In this document: positions 8,915-18,300 of the stretch, piece by piece
Layout of the letters: each line of letters opens with the position of its first letter
How positions within the stretch are numbered: the first letter of the stretch is position 1
Assembly (NCBI GenBank): GCA_964413555.1
Contig: CAYPTK010000002.1
Span: 1 to 40,121, forward strand
Source of the DNA: an uncultured Bacteroidales bacterium
Lineage (GTDB): Bacteria; Bacteroidota; Bacteroidia; Bacteroidales; JBBRXJ01
Direction: 5' to 3'
Length of the DNA: 40,121 nt
Program-made: the position numbers and the translations under genes
The notes under the pieces: generated by a model
What the model was told of the DNA's origin: nothing
Databases searched by the model: none
What the model saw: the letters and a program-made list of their open reading frames with translations, nothing else

Positions 8915-11900
8915 TCACTCGATATCTACCCTTATCCCCCCTGAATGTGAAGTGAATTCAGGGGCATACATGCATTGAATGGTGGCAATGCCATTGGAAA
9001 ACCGCCCTTCATGCACAGCCCGCAACGGATACTCAAATACATAGGTGCCCTTGGGCAAATAATCCATGAAAAAGTTGGTAGCTGCATCTTTGGTGCTTTC
9101 ATAATAGCCTAGCCCATCCTGCCATTTGTATGTTGACATGACGTTGACGGGTTCAAACCCCGATGCCCGCGTATCTTTCATATGAACAAATTCCATATCC
9201 CGGTCTACCCGCAGTTCTACGCGCACGATAATTTTATCTCCTACTTTAAACGGTGTCCCCTCCCCCATGGGTTCAATCACTTTACCCCCCCGAGTCATTT
9301 TTTCCCTGAATAATTTTTTGTTTAATTGCAATGGCGTTTCATGGGGTGTTATCTTGTCCATGTCTTCAAAATACTGCCAGTATAAGGCTCCCCAGCCAAT
9401 GCCTTTATTTTTTTGGTTTACAGTCACCTCTCCCATCCCGGGAGTTATCTCTTTCGTGTTCCAAGAAGTTTTAAAATACCCGGTGCCGGCTTCTACTTTC
9501 ACGTCATCCATTTCCCGCGGTTTAATTTGTTTTTGGCCAATCCTGATCTCGGCCAATTCATTATCAGCCAGCCAGTCGCTCCCCTGCATTAACAGTGCAT
9601 AACAGGCTTCAACGGTTGCCTTTGTAGTGCCCCAGTCGTTCGTCTGTTTTTGTTTTAACAGCCATATTTTAATATTTTCTACAGCTTTCTCGTCTGCTGT
9701 TACTTCACTGAACACCTCCACCATCAATGCCTGGGTTTCTATGGGTGCCTGGTACCAATAATATCCCCTCTTGTTTGACTTCCAGTACATGCCCATTTCT
9801 TCATCAACAATGGCATATTCTTTAAGCGATTCCACGATTGTTTTGGATGTTTTCTGGTCTCCCTCGCGGTGCAGTATTAATGCAATCATGCCTTTATCAT
9901 AAATATTCCTGCCTGTCCAGTATTTTTTGGCCTGTTCCATGTAATACTCATATGCCTCGTTGCATTTATCCGCCACGGGTATTCCGGGAAAAAAGCTTCG
10001 TCCATATAAATAATGAATGGCAATATGGCTCAAATGGTCTTCCTGCATTTGGGATTTAGAATAATCTTCCTGCAATTGCCTGTAATCTTCCAAAATTCTT
10101 TGATCACAATAATGAACAGCTTTTTTGAACATGTCCCATGTCTCTTGTTTTTCATTTATTGCAAGGATATGAAGATGATCCAGATGGCCCATTCCATTCA
10201 CGATATGTTGAGTAATGTACCGATTATCGCGCATTCCCTTGAACCAGGGAAATCCTCCATTGGATGACTGTGCTTTTTGTAACTTAAGCATTGAACTGTT
10301 AAGTTCATCGCGCATCCGGTTCAGGTCAAAGAGCAATGCTACTCTTTTCTTCCTGGCCGATTCACTTTCTGCATCCAAGACCCAGGGTGTTTCTTCCAGG
10401 AGTATACTTTTTAATTCCTGATTTTTCTCGAGGTTCGAGATCAGTTCGTTTGATCCCGTGCTTGTTCGCCAGTGATCAAACACCTGTTTAATCCTGGGGT
10501 GGGCATTGACTATATGAGAAGCAATGGCATTGGCATAATACCGGCTAAAAATTTGTTCCGTGCAATCATACGGGTATTCCATGAGATATGGCAAAGCCTG
10601 GATGGCATACCAAGAGGGATTAGACGTGTATTCAAGGGTGAGTTGATGGTGCTTTAAGGTGGCAGAAGAACCGGATTGGGTAAGCTTATCGAGGGTAAAT
10701 GTTTTGGTTTCGCGGCCTCTTACTGCCAATGGCAACGATTCTGTTACCAGCATCCTGTTGGTGAGCACCGGGACAGGTTTTTGTTCGCCATCAGAGAATT
10801 TTCCTGCCCGTGCTATCACTTTGTACGTTATCATATTCATGTCATCGGGTATAACCATCCTAAACGAGACAACATCATTTTGCCCGGCTGACACATTAAA
10901 TGGCTTTCCTGATGTATCCCGTAAAATGCCACTTACCGGGGTATTTGTAAATGCATCCAATAATTCAAGGGTGACTTGTCCTGCCAAATCTTTTTTTGAT
11001 ATATTCATGACTTTTACCGGAAAATCAATGGTGTCTCCTTTCCTGAAAAAACGCGGGGCATTGGGGCTTACCATCAACTCTTTCCGGGTGATCAATTCAT
11101 TTTCAATCGTTCCGTATTCCAGGCCTTTGGTATGCGCGAATCCCATCACGCGCCAACGGGTGAGCGCTTCAGGAATGGTAAAGCGGATAGTCACTTCACC
11201 GCGTGCATTGGTGGTTAAATGAGGATAGAAAAATGCTGTTTCATTGAAGTTGGTGCGCACCTGGACATTGTGTTTTTTATGTCCTTTTTTATCAGTAACT
11301 GCTTGTTCAGAAATACCTGCTATTTCCTCAGAAATATCTACATCATTTTCTACTATTGCTACTTGTTCAATATTTGCTTCAGACTTTCTATTTGCTGATT
11401 TCGATGCTTTCATATAACGGGATATTAGGGGCATCTCTCTGAATTCATGAAAATTTGTACTAAACCATCTTAATGAGGGATAATGACTTTCTCTATAATA
11501 ATAACTATCATAAAAATCTTCGCTTAAATTGGTCGAACGATTGGTTGTAAACACAGGCGATCTCCAGTTTAAACGCGAATAATATTGCTTATAGATATTA
11601 AAATTCCAATGATTTTTAGCAAACTGATCCAGGGAAGCATCATACAGCGTGGCCATCATTTCTGCTGCAATTTTTTTACTCTCGTGGCCTTTGATAATGA
11701 TTTGCCATTCTTCCTGCTGCCCGGGGTACAATTTATCACGAAAGGTTGCAAACGAGATGTCCAGTTTTTTATTGGTATACGGTACATGTATGATTTCATC
11801 ATGGTTGTAGAGCCTGTTGTTTTTAACGAACACGAAATGCACGGCAAAATTTCCACGGTGTTTTTCCTCAACCGGAATCTTTATGACCTTTTGTTCCTGA

Positions 11901-14900
11901 TCCAGGGCCAACCATTCCTGGTGTACAATTTTTCCCTGGTGTTCAATTTCATACAACACGCTCACATCTTCCAGGGCCGAACCGATTAAAAACTCTGCTT
12001 GTTCTCCGGGTTCACAATGGTGTTTGATTGGGGTAAACCAATTGGCTGTAGGATAAGGCAGCCGGTTGTGTTGCGGATTGTACACTGTAAAATAAGATTT
12101 GCTCATCACTTCCTTTCCAAATGCATCAACAGAACTGACTTCTGCAACATACCGCCCGGCTTCCCATTTCCTGATGCTATTGATGTTTAAATATTTGTTC
12201 TGCCCGGTGTTAAATGTCTTGTCAATCACTTTTTCCTCTTTGTGTAACGAGCGGATGTTGTGTTCATCCCGGTAAGCATGTCCTGGCAACAAATGTCTCC
12301 ATTGTTTTTTGGAATATAAAAACGTATCCGGCACATCCCATTTTCTTTCCTGCAGGGGCATTTCATTTTCATTGAGTTTATAAATGCTGATATTTCCTTT
12401 GGCAGGGACAAATTCTCCATTTAAATTTTGGGTAATGATCTCAACCCCTTGTGTATCCTTTCCAAACGGGGGTTTATTTTGGTTAACCTGATCGGGGATT
12501 GACAATCCTGTTTTTAAGACTGTATATCCAATGGTCATAGTTTCTTTGGTTGTTCGCGTTTCACCGCTGATGTCTGTTACATCAATTTTGATTTCATATT
12601 GAAATGCCAATTGATCGTTTTGAGGTAGCGTGAGGTCAGGAATAGCTTTAAATTTAATGGTGAACTCTCCTTTTTCGTTTGTTTCAATGGTGCCATTGGC
12701 TATTTCAGTCTGTGTCCGGTCAACATAAAAGGGTCTCCATCCATACCACACCGGTTCGCGCACAACGCGGTATGCAGCTCGGGCGCCAGTGAGGTTTGCC
12801 CCGGAATAGGTCTCTGCTTTTCCTTTGATGTTTACACTGTCATTCAACCTGTAAGATCCTTTAAATGGCAGTATGGTGACTTCGAAAGAAGGGCGCTTGT
12901 ATTCTTCAACCCGGATGGATGTATTCCCATGCCCGGATTTTAGTTGAAAACGCCCATTCATTAGGCCTGTAGGGATTTGAAAAGACCCACTGAATGTCCC
13001 GTATTCATTGGTGGTGACATCCACGCGTTCAACCTCCTGCCAATTTGCATCAAATAATGCCACGTATTCACCGGAGTTGGGAACGATTTCATGGGTTTCA
13101 CCATCGGTTTGAATGACTATACCCTTAAAATAAACCGTTTGCCCGGGACGGTAAATAGCCCGGTCTGTAAACAGGGTTGTCCTATAATTCATTTGTGTGT
13201 TATGATGCATTTGCCTCACGTAATACCTGTTGTCCGTGCTTAAAAAATCGTCTTGATAAGTAACATCAAATGTATAAGATCCATATTGTTTTCCTTCATG
13301 AGGTTTAAGCGTGAAAAACCCATCTTGTCCGGATGTCAGGGCAGGTATTTTTTTATTTTCATACCGTCGTTTATCATGGTTATATTTCATCATATAAGGC
13401 TGAACACGCGCCCCCTTAACAGGAACCCCTGTTTTTCTGTGGACAACACGTATCGCGTAGGATCCATCATCATTTTTTCGTTGGATATAACTGAGATTGG
13501 TCACCGTGAGAATCTGAAAAGACAGCATATTTTCCCTGTACGTGAATTCAGGCGTGGTAGCATTGATGATCATGTAATGGCCTAAAGGCATGCCGTCAAT
13601 GATTTTTTCCACTTCATGTTGGCGGTAATCTCCAAACCATGGCAAATGGATGGTATCCATTCTGATCTTTTCTGACACTTTGTAAAGTTCTTCATACCAC
13701 TTTTTTTCATTGGCATGATAGCTTTCTGTTATTTCTTCTAAGTCATCCCGTTTGATCCGGGCAATTTGAACATATATATTGTCTAAATTCTTATAGGTGA
13801 TCTTTTGAAGGAAAGGGCTTTCTGATGGAATCTCTTGTTCTGCAATAATTTTTAAGGCAGGTTTACTGATTTTGTCTTTCAACCACCTGCATTTGTCAGC
13901 TCCCCTTGAACCCGGGTATGTTTGAATGGGTTTTTCACATAATTGGATGGCCTTTTTAAACGCCCATTTATATTGTTCAGTGGCCGGATTACCCGGTTGG
14001 TATGTATCTCCTTGTTCATAATAAAAACGGGCCGTTTCATAAGTAACCATGCCAGAATAGGGATGGTTATTAAATTGTTCCTGTAAACGTGTTAATGCAC
14101 CCGGGTATAAACTATCCTTTCCCGGGTGTACCGAATGGGTTTTAACAAATTTTAACCGTCTCAGGTCAGCATCAATAAACGCGGGGACATTGTCTTGTTC
14201 TGCCCTGAATGCCAATACATCCTGCATAATTTTGATACCATGAAAGTGAAGTGAAAAAGTATCATGGGTATGAATATCCTGTCGTGCAAATTCGGACGCT
14301 TTGGCAAAGTAAAAATCATCATTTAAAAGAAATTGGTCAGCCGGCCTGGAGAGGGATATTTGCTCATTGACAAAAAACTCAACAGCCCTGTACGCCAGAA
14401 AATCATATAATGTTGGTAGTAGATCGTGGTCTTTTGACCCTTCACTGATCATTTCAGGAAATACCTCCGTGCTGGCCTGTTGCAGTTTTTCTTTTGCTTG
14501 CAACGAAACGTGATAATGGTGTATCACCTTGTCAATAAATTTGCTGGCATCCCATGTTTTGATGTCATCATTTTTAAAATTCCTGGCAGCTGTCCTTTTC
14601 CGGATTTTCCACCGGTAATCCTGATAATACTCCCAATACATCTGAGCCAGGATGGAATGCAATAAAGCATTGGCAGGAAATGTTTGTTGTTTTGCTTCTT
14701 GTTCTGTTTCAAGTATAAATTTTCCAATCGCACCTTCTCCAATTTCATTCCGGAATTGTATCCTGTGCAAAAGGGCCTTGATCATCTGGTCGGGGTTGTC
14801 ATCGGATTTGGCCTGTTCATATATTTGATCAGCAATTTCCAGGGCAGACCTTATCTTTCCTGTAATCTCAAAATCATGTACCTTTTTCCATAATTCACGG

Positions 14901-15016
14901 TATGGCTCTTTAAATTTTTTTTCTTCCTGCTGGGGAATCAAATACTTTGAACTCGCTGACAATAAGCCAGTAATGATCATACTGGCTAAGACTAAGGCTA
15001 TAACAGTTTTTTTCAT
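8915..15016 (-). CDS. Bacterial alpha-2-macroglobulin family protein with intact thioester motif
   Basis: 2033-aa ORF with a signal peptide. Blocks include the MG-domain block YRPGQTVYFKG, the A2M block RTNFNETAFFYPHLTTNARGEVTIRFTIPEALTRWRV, the thioester YPYDCTEQ (CTEQ at 10553-10564), and a C-terminal receptor-binding-like domain. Confidence 0.9.
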   Translation of the reverse strand: MKKTVIALVLASMIITGLLSASSKYLIPQQEEKKFKEPYRELWKKVHDFEITGKIRSALEIADQIYEQAKSDDNPDQMIKALLHRIQFRNEIGEGAIGKFILETEQEAKQQTFPANALLHSILAQMYWEYYQDYRWKIRKRTAARNFKNDDIKTWDASKFIDKVIHHYHVSLQAKEKLQQASTEVFPEMISEGSKDHDLLPTLYDFLAYRAVEFFVNEQISLSRPADQFLLNDDFYFAKASEFARQDIHTHDTFSLHFHGIKIMQDVLAFRAEQDNVPAFIDADLRRLKFVKTHSVHPGKDSLYPGALTRLQEQFNNHPYSGMVTYETARFYYEQGDTYQPGNPATEQYKWAFKKAIQLCEKPIQTYPGSRGADKCRWLKDKISKPALKIIAEQEIPSESPFLQKITYKNLDNIYVQIARIKRDDLEEITESYHANEKKWYEELYKVSEKIRMDTIHLPWFGDYRQHEVEKIIDGMPLGHYMIINATTPEFTYRENMLSFQILTVTNLSYIQRKNDDGSYAIRVVHRKTGVPVKGARVQPYMMKYNHDKRRYENKKIPALTSGQDGFFTLKPHEGKQYGSYTFDVTYQDDFLSTDNRYYVRQMHHNTQMNYRTTLFTDRAIYRPGQTVYFKGIVIQTDGETHEIVPNSGEYVALFDANWQEVERVDVTTNEYGTFSGSFQIPTGLMNGRFQLKSGHGNTSIRVEEYKRPSFEVTILPFKGSYRLNDSVNIKGKAETYSGANLTGARAAYRVVREPVWYGWRPFYVDRTQTEIANGTIETNEKGEFTIKFKAIPDLTLPQNDQLAFQYEIKIDVTDISGETRTTKETMTIGYTVLKTGLSIPDQVNQNKPPFGKDTQGVEIITQNLNGEFVPAKGNISIYKLNENEMPLQERKWDVPDTFLYSKKQWRHLLPGHAYRDEHNIRSLHKEEKVIDKTFNTGQNKYLNINSIRKWEAGRYVAEVSSVDAFGKEVMSKSYFTVYNPQHNRLPYPTANWFTPIKHHCEPGEQAEFLIGSALEDVSVLYEIEHQGKIVHQEWLALDQEQKVIKIPVEEKHRGNFAVHFVFVKNNRLYNHDEIIHVPYTNKKLDISFATFRDKLYPGQQEEWQIIIKGHESKKIAAEMMATLYDASLDQFAKNHWNFNIYKQYYSRLNWRSPVFTTNRSTNLSEDFYDSYYYRESHYPSLRWFSTNFHEFREMPLISRYMKASKSANRKSEANIEQVAIVENDVDISEEIAGISEQAVTDKKGHKKHNVQVRTNFNETAFFYPHLTTNARGEVTIRFTIPEALTRWRVMGFAHTKGLEYGTIENELITRKELMVSPNAPRFFRKGDTIDFPVKVMNISKKDLAGQVTLELLDAFTNTPVSGILRDTSGKPFNVSAGQNDVVSFRMVIPDDMNMITYKVIARAGKFSDGEQKPVPVLTNRMLVTESLPLAVRGRETKTFTLDKLTQSGSSATLKHHQLTLEYTSNPSWYAIQALPYLMEYPYDCTEQIFSRYYANAIASHIVNAHPRIKQVFDHWRTSTGSNELISNLEKNQELKSILLEETPWVLDAESESARKKRVALLFDLNRMRDELNSSMLKLQKAQSSNGGFPWFKGMRDNRYITQHIVNGMGHLDHLHILAINEKQETWDMFKKAVHYCDQRILEDYRQLQEDYSKSQMQEDHLSHIAIHYLYGRSFFPGIPVADKCNEAYEYYMEQAKKYWTGRNIYDKGMIALILHREGDQKTSKTIVESLKEYAIVDEEMGMYWKSNKRGYYWYQAPIETQALMVEVFSEVTADEKAVENIKIWLLKQKQTNDWGTTKATVEACYALLMQGSDWLADNELAEIRIGQKQIKPREMDDVKVEAGTGYFKTSWNTKEITPGMGEVTVNQKNKGIGWGALYWQYFEDMDKITPHETPLQLNKKLFREKMTRGGKVIEPMGEGTPFKVGDKIIVRVELRVDRDMEFVHMKDTRASGFEPVNVMSTYKWQDGLGYYESTKDAATNFFMDYLPKGTYVFEYPLRAVHEGRFSNGIATIQCMYAPEFTSHSGGIRVDIE

Positions 15017-15132
15017 GGAGTTATATTTATAGTTAACGTTTTAAAAATAACAAATTGGGATTAAAAAACTGTCTTATTGGTTAATTTTATAATAGAGTAA
15101 ACATTTATGGTTTGAGCCAGCTGCTTTGGGTA

Positions 15133-15176
15133 AACATAAAAAGAGCCACACTAAAATGTGCAGCTCTTTTTATGTT
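15133..15176. terminator. Long perfect stem-loop between the PKD gene and the A2M gene (probable terminator)
   Basis: AACATAAAAAGAGC (15133-15146) pairs perfectly with GCTCTTTTTATGTT (15163-15176). An inner CACA/TGTG pair extends the stem. The 3' arm is T-rich in both orientations, and CGTTTTTGCTTT follows on the + strand. Confidence 0.45.
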
Positions 15177-15278
15177 CGTTTTTGCTTTATGTTCACGTGT
15201 GTGGATAGACCCACACGATCTTTATATCTGATTTGTTTATTAACACAAATTAATTTAAATTTATTGTAAATCCCAAGA

Positions 15279-15309
15279 TAAACTAATTTTTTAAAAAAAA
15301 ATTAGTTTA
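15279..15309. terminator. AT-only palindrome downstream of the PKD gene stop
   Basis: TAAACTAATTTTTT (15279-15292) and AAAAAATTAGTTTA (15296-15309) form a 14-bp inverted repeat with a 3-nt centre, 68 nt beyond the stop at 15377. The stem is weak because it is all A/T. Confidence 0.3.
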
Positions 15310-15376
15310 AAGATTCTATATCCTGGACTAAGTATACACGTTTGTCTGTTCAAAATAGCATTTACCACAATCTGTA

Positions 15377-18300
15377 TTAATCCAGACATATTATCTTTTT
15401 AGTTATCACTACTCCGTTCACGTGGCATTTCACAAAATACGTACCGCCTGAAGGGAGCTCGTAATCCTGAATATAAACTCCCAGTTCCTGTTTCTCATTT
15501 ACAATATTATCTATTTTATTTCCTAAAACGGAATATAAATCAATGCTTATGTCTTCCGTTTTTTGGAGTGTATATTGTATTTTAACCTTCCCGTTTGAAG
15601 GATTCGGGAACACGCTTAATTGAACCGGGTTGGTTGTGTTTTCTTCAATATTATCACTCTTTAACCGATTGTCTTCGAGATTGGAAACAGAACGGCTGAA
15701 TGGCCCTCCACTGGCTTTAAGATTACCATTTGGATAACATGGATCGGATTTCACACCGGCTATCCTGTAATATTTTCTACCACTCAGTGCACCAGCTGAA
15801 TTGTCCGTGTAAGCGTCTAAACTACCTGATACTGTTACCAATGGCTGTAAGCTATTAGAATCTGCCCCCCTGTATATGATATAACTTTCAAATGTCTGGG
15901 CTACGCCATTGATTGTATATGGCCTCCATTCCAGGTTTACTCCCCCAACCGAGCTGACATATTGCAAAAACAATGTTTTATGATAGGGTACCAGGTTAAT
16001 GTCTGTTACATTACCGCATTCATCATGTGTTACAAGCTTATAAAGCTCCTGGTGCGATTCCGGGTCAGACCCCGTATCAACAAATACACTCAGGCTGTCA
16101 AATGGAAGATACGCGATGGAATCATACCCTTGTGTATTATTTTCCCTGTATAATGTATATCCTGTTATTTTTTGATCTGGTGTTTTTTCCCACGTGACTA
16201 GATTTTTACCTGTAACTGAATCAATGGTTACAAGGCAAATTTGTTCTTCATAGGCTGATGTGTCATAGCTTAAATTATATGTCACGATACTGTCGCATCC
16301 ATACATAGATTTCAGGGTGGAATCTGTAGCCTGGGTTCCCGGGGTACTATAATTGGTTCCTCCAATATTAAAAAATGATCCTTCGCAGAATGTTGTATCC
16401 GCGATGACATTCCAGTGCGGATGAACATTGATATTTAAGAATACAATGCTATCGGGACTGTATATGAAATCATAATGCCCTTGTTTTGTATATTTATTCC
16501 CATCATAGTTGAATGTATCTCCTTCACAAATATTGGCATCTATTCTGGTAACATTTTCATCAGGGTCAAATATTTCAATGGTTTCTTCATTGCTTTTGAT
16601 ATTTCCACAATGATTAGAAGCTGTGATTGAAATATTATAAGTTCCGCCAGAAGTATATGTATGCTCTGTAATGATCAAAGGATTATATACAGTATCAATT
16701 GTTCCGTCTCCAAAATCAATGATGGATGTTGATCCCCCGTTTCCAATAAATTGGATTGGTTTATTTACCTCAATCTGACTCTCTTCAAAGTTTAAATTAA
16801 CATATTCAATCTGAGCATTATCATGTATATATATATCAATCGTGTCTGATGCAGTTTTTCCACAGCCATTTGTCAATGTAATAGTTGTTTTGAACGTGCC
16901 GTTTTCAGAATACGCGTGCTCAAAAATATAATAAACATAATCTATTCCTTCTATTGATAATTCAAGTTCTTCAGGTGTTGATGATGAATTTCCATCACCA
17001 AAATCCCAGGTTATTTCAGTTCCATCAGACACGGGGGCAATATAAAAAGCTACAGTATCACCAATGCATGCTTCATTAACCGAAGAACCATATTCAAAAT
17101 CCTTTAAAGAAGATTCTACATTATCCTGTACTCTAACCGTTTGAGAAATAATAGTATCATAGCCACATCCGTTTGTCGCCTGGATGGTAGCATTGTAATT
17201 ACCTATAAGGTCGTATGAATGGAATGCAAGAATTTTATCAGACGTGGCACCATCCCCAAAATTCCACCGAACCTGATTTACTTTTTCCTGATCTATTATA
17301 AATAACACTTGTTGATTTGGACATACTTTCGTTGGTGATATCATAAATTCAACTTCACCTACCCGAATATCATTATTTATGGTAATGGTATCCCAAACTG
17401 TTTTAAAATTACCACACCCATTTGCCACTGTTAATGAAACAGGATATTTTTCCTGTTCACCTGAAAAAGAATGACTCGTATATTTTGCAGTGGATATATC
17501 TCCATCTCCAAAAGTCCAAATATATGTACTTGCATAGTCTCTGGAGCTAAATCTGACTTGTTGTTCCGGGCACACTTCTTTTTCCGAAATTTCATAATCC
17601 AGTACGCCAAATGTAATATTACTATTTACAATAACCTGATCTTGAATCGTAGTATCAATACCACACCCATTTGTTAAAGTTAATTGAACATCATATGTCC
17701 CGGCTGAATCAAATGCATGCTTGAACCGTTTAATATCCGAGGTCGTCCCATCGCTAATGTTCCATTCATATGTAACAGCATCTGCATAAGAACTAAACCT
17801 GGTCTTATCACCCGGGCATAATTCATCGGGATATATACTCATGCTAATATTACCAGTATAATGCAGGTTATTTATTACGTTTACAGTATCATAAATAACA
17901 GTATCATTTCCACAAGCATTTGTCAGTGTTAAAATTATCGGGTATGTTCCTGTATCAGTATAAGTATGCCTGAAATAATCATCTTGTATAACTGTACCAT
18001 CACCCAGGTCCCATACAGCTGTTTCAAATTCTCCCCAAGTATCAAAGCGGACTTCATCCCCGGGACAATTTACACGGTCATATATTTCATATCTTAAATA
18101 AGTCTCATCAGTAAATGTAATATTAGAATCTACAATAACAGTATCATATACTGTCGTGTCATTTCCACAGCCATTTGTTAATGTCAATGCTATGGGAAAT
18201 GTTCCTGTTGATGAATAATTATGGTAATAATAATCATCATGTGTCGTGGTTCCATCTCCTACATCCCATGTAACAGATGTAAAATTATTTCCCCATACAT

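Noticed and set aside
9267-13585. Long + strand ORFs inside the A2M gene (9267..9602, 10659..11222, 11585..11989, 13253..13585 and others)
   Set aside because: All lie antisense within a 2033-aa ORF that has unmistakable A2M motifs. Their translations are low-complexity or hydrophobic with no recognisable motifs. The somewhat higher G+C of this gene lowers stop frequency on the opposite strand.
8605-15016. The A2M gene as a horizontally acquired island integrated at tRNA-Arg
   Set aside because: Hand counts on a few 60-nt lines gave about 37-53% G+C in A2M, versus about 32-33% in the PKD gene and 38-42% in tyrS and the carboxyltransferase. The shift is therefore modest and poorly sampled. 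I found no integrase, no direct repeat of the tRNA 3' end and no mobility genes.
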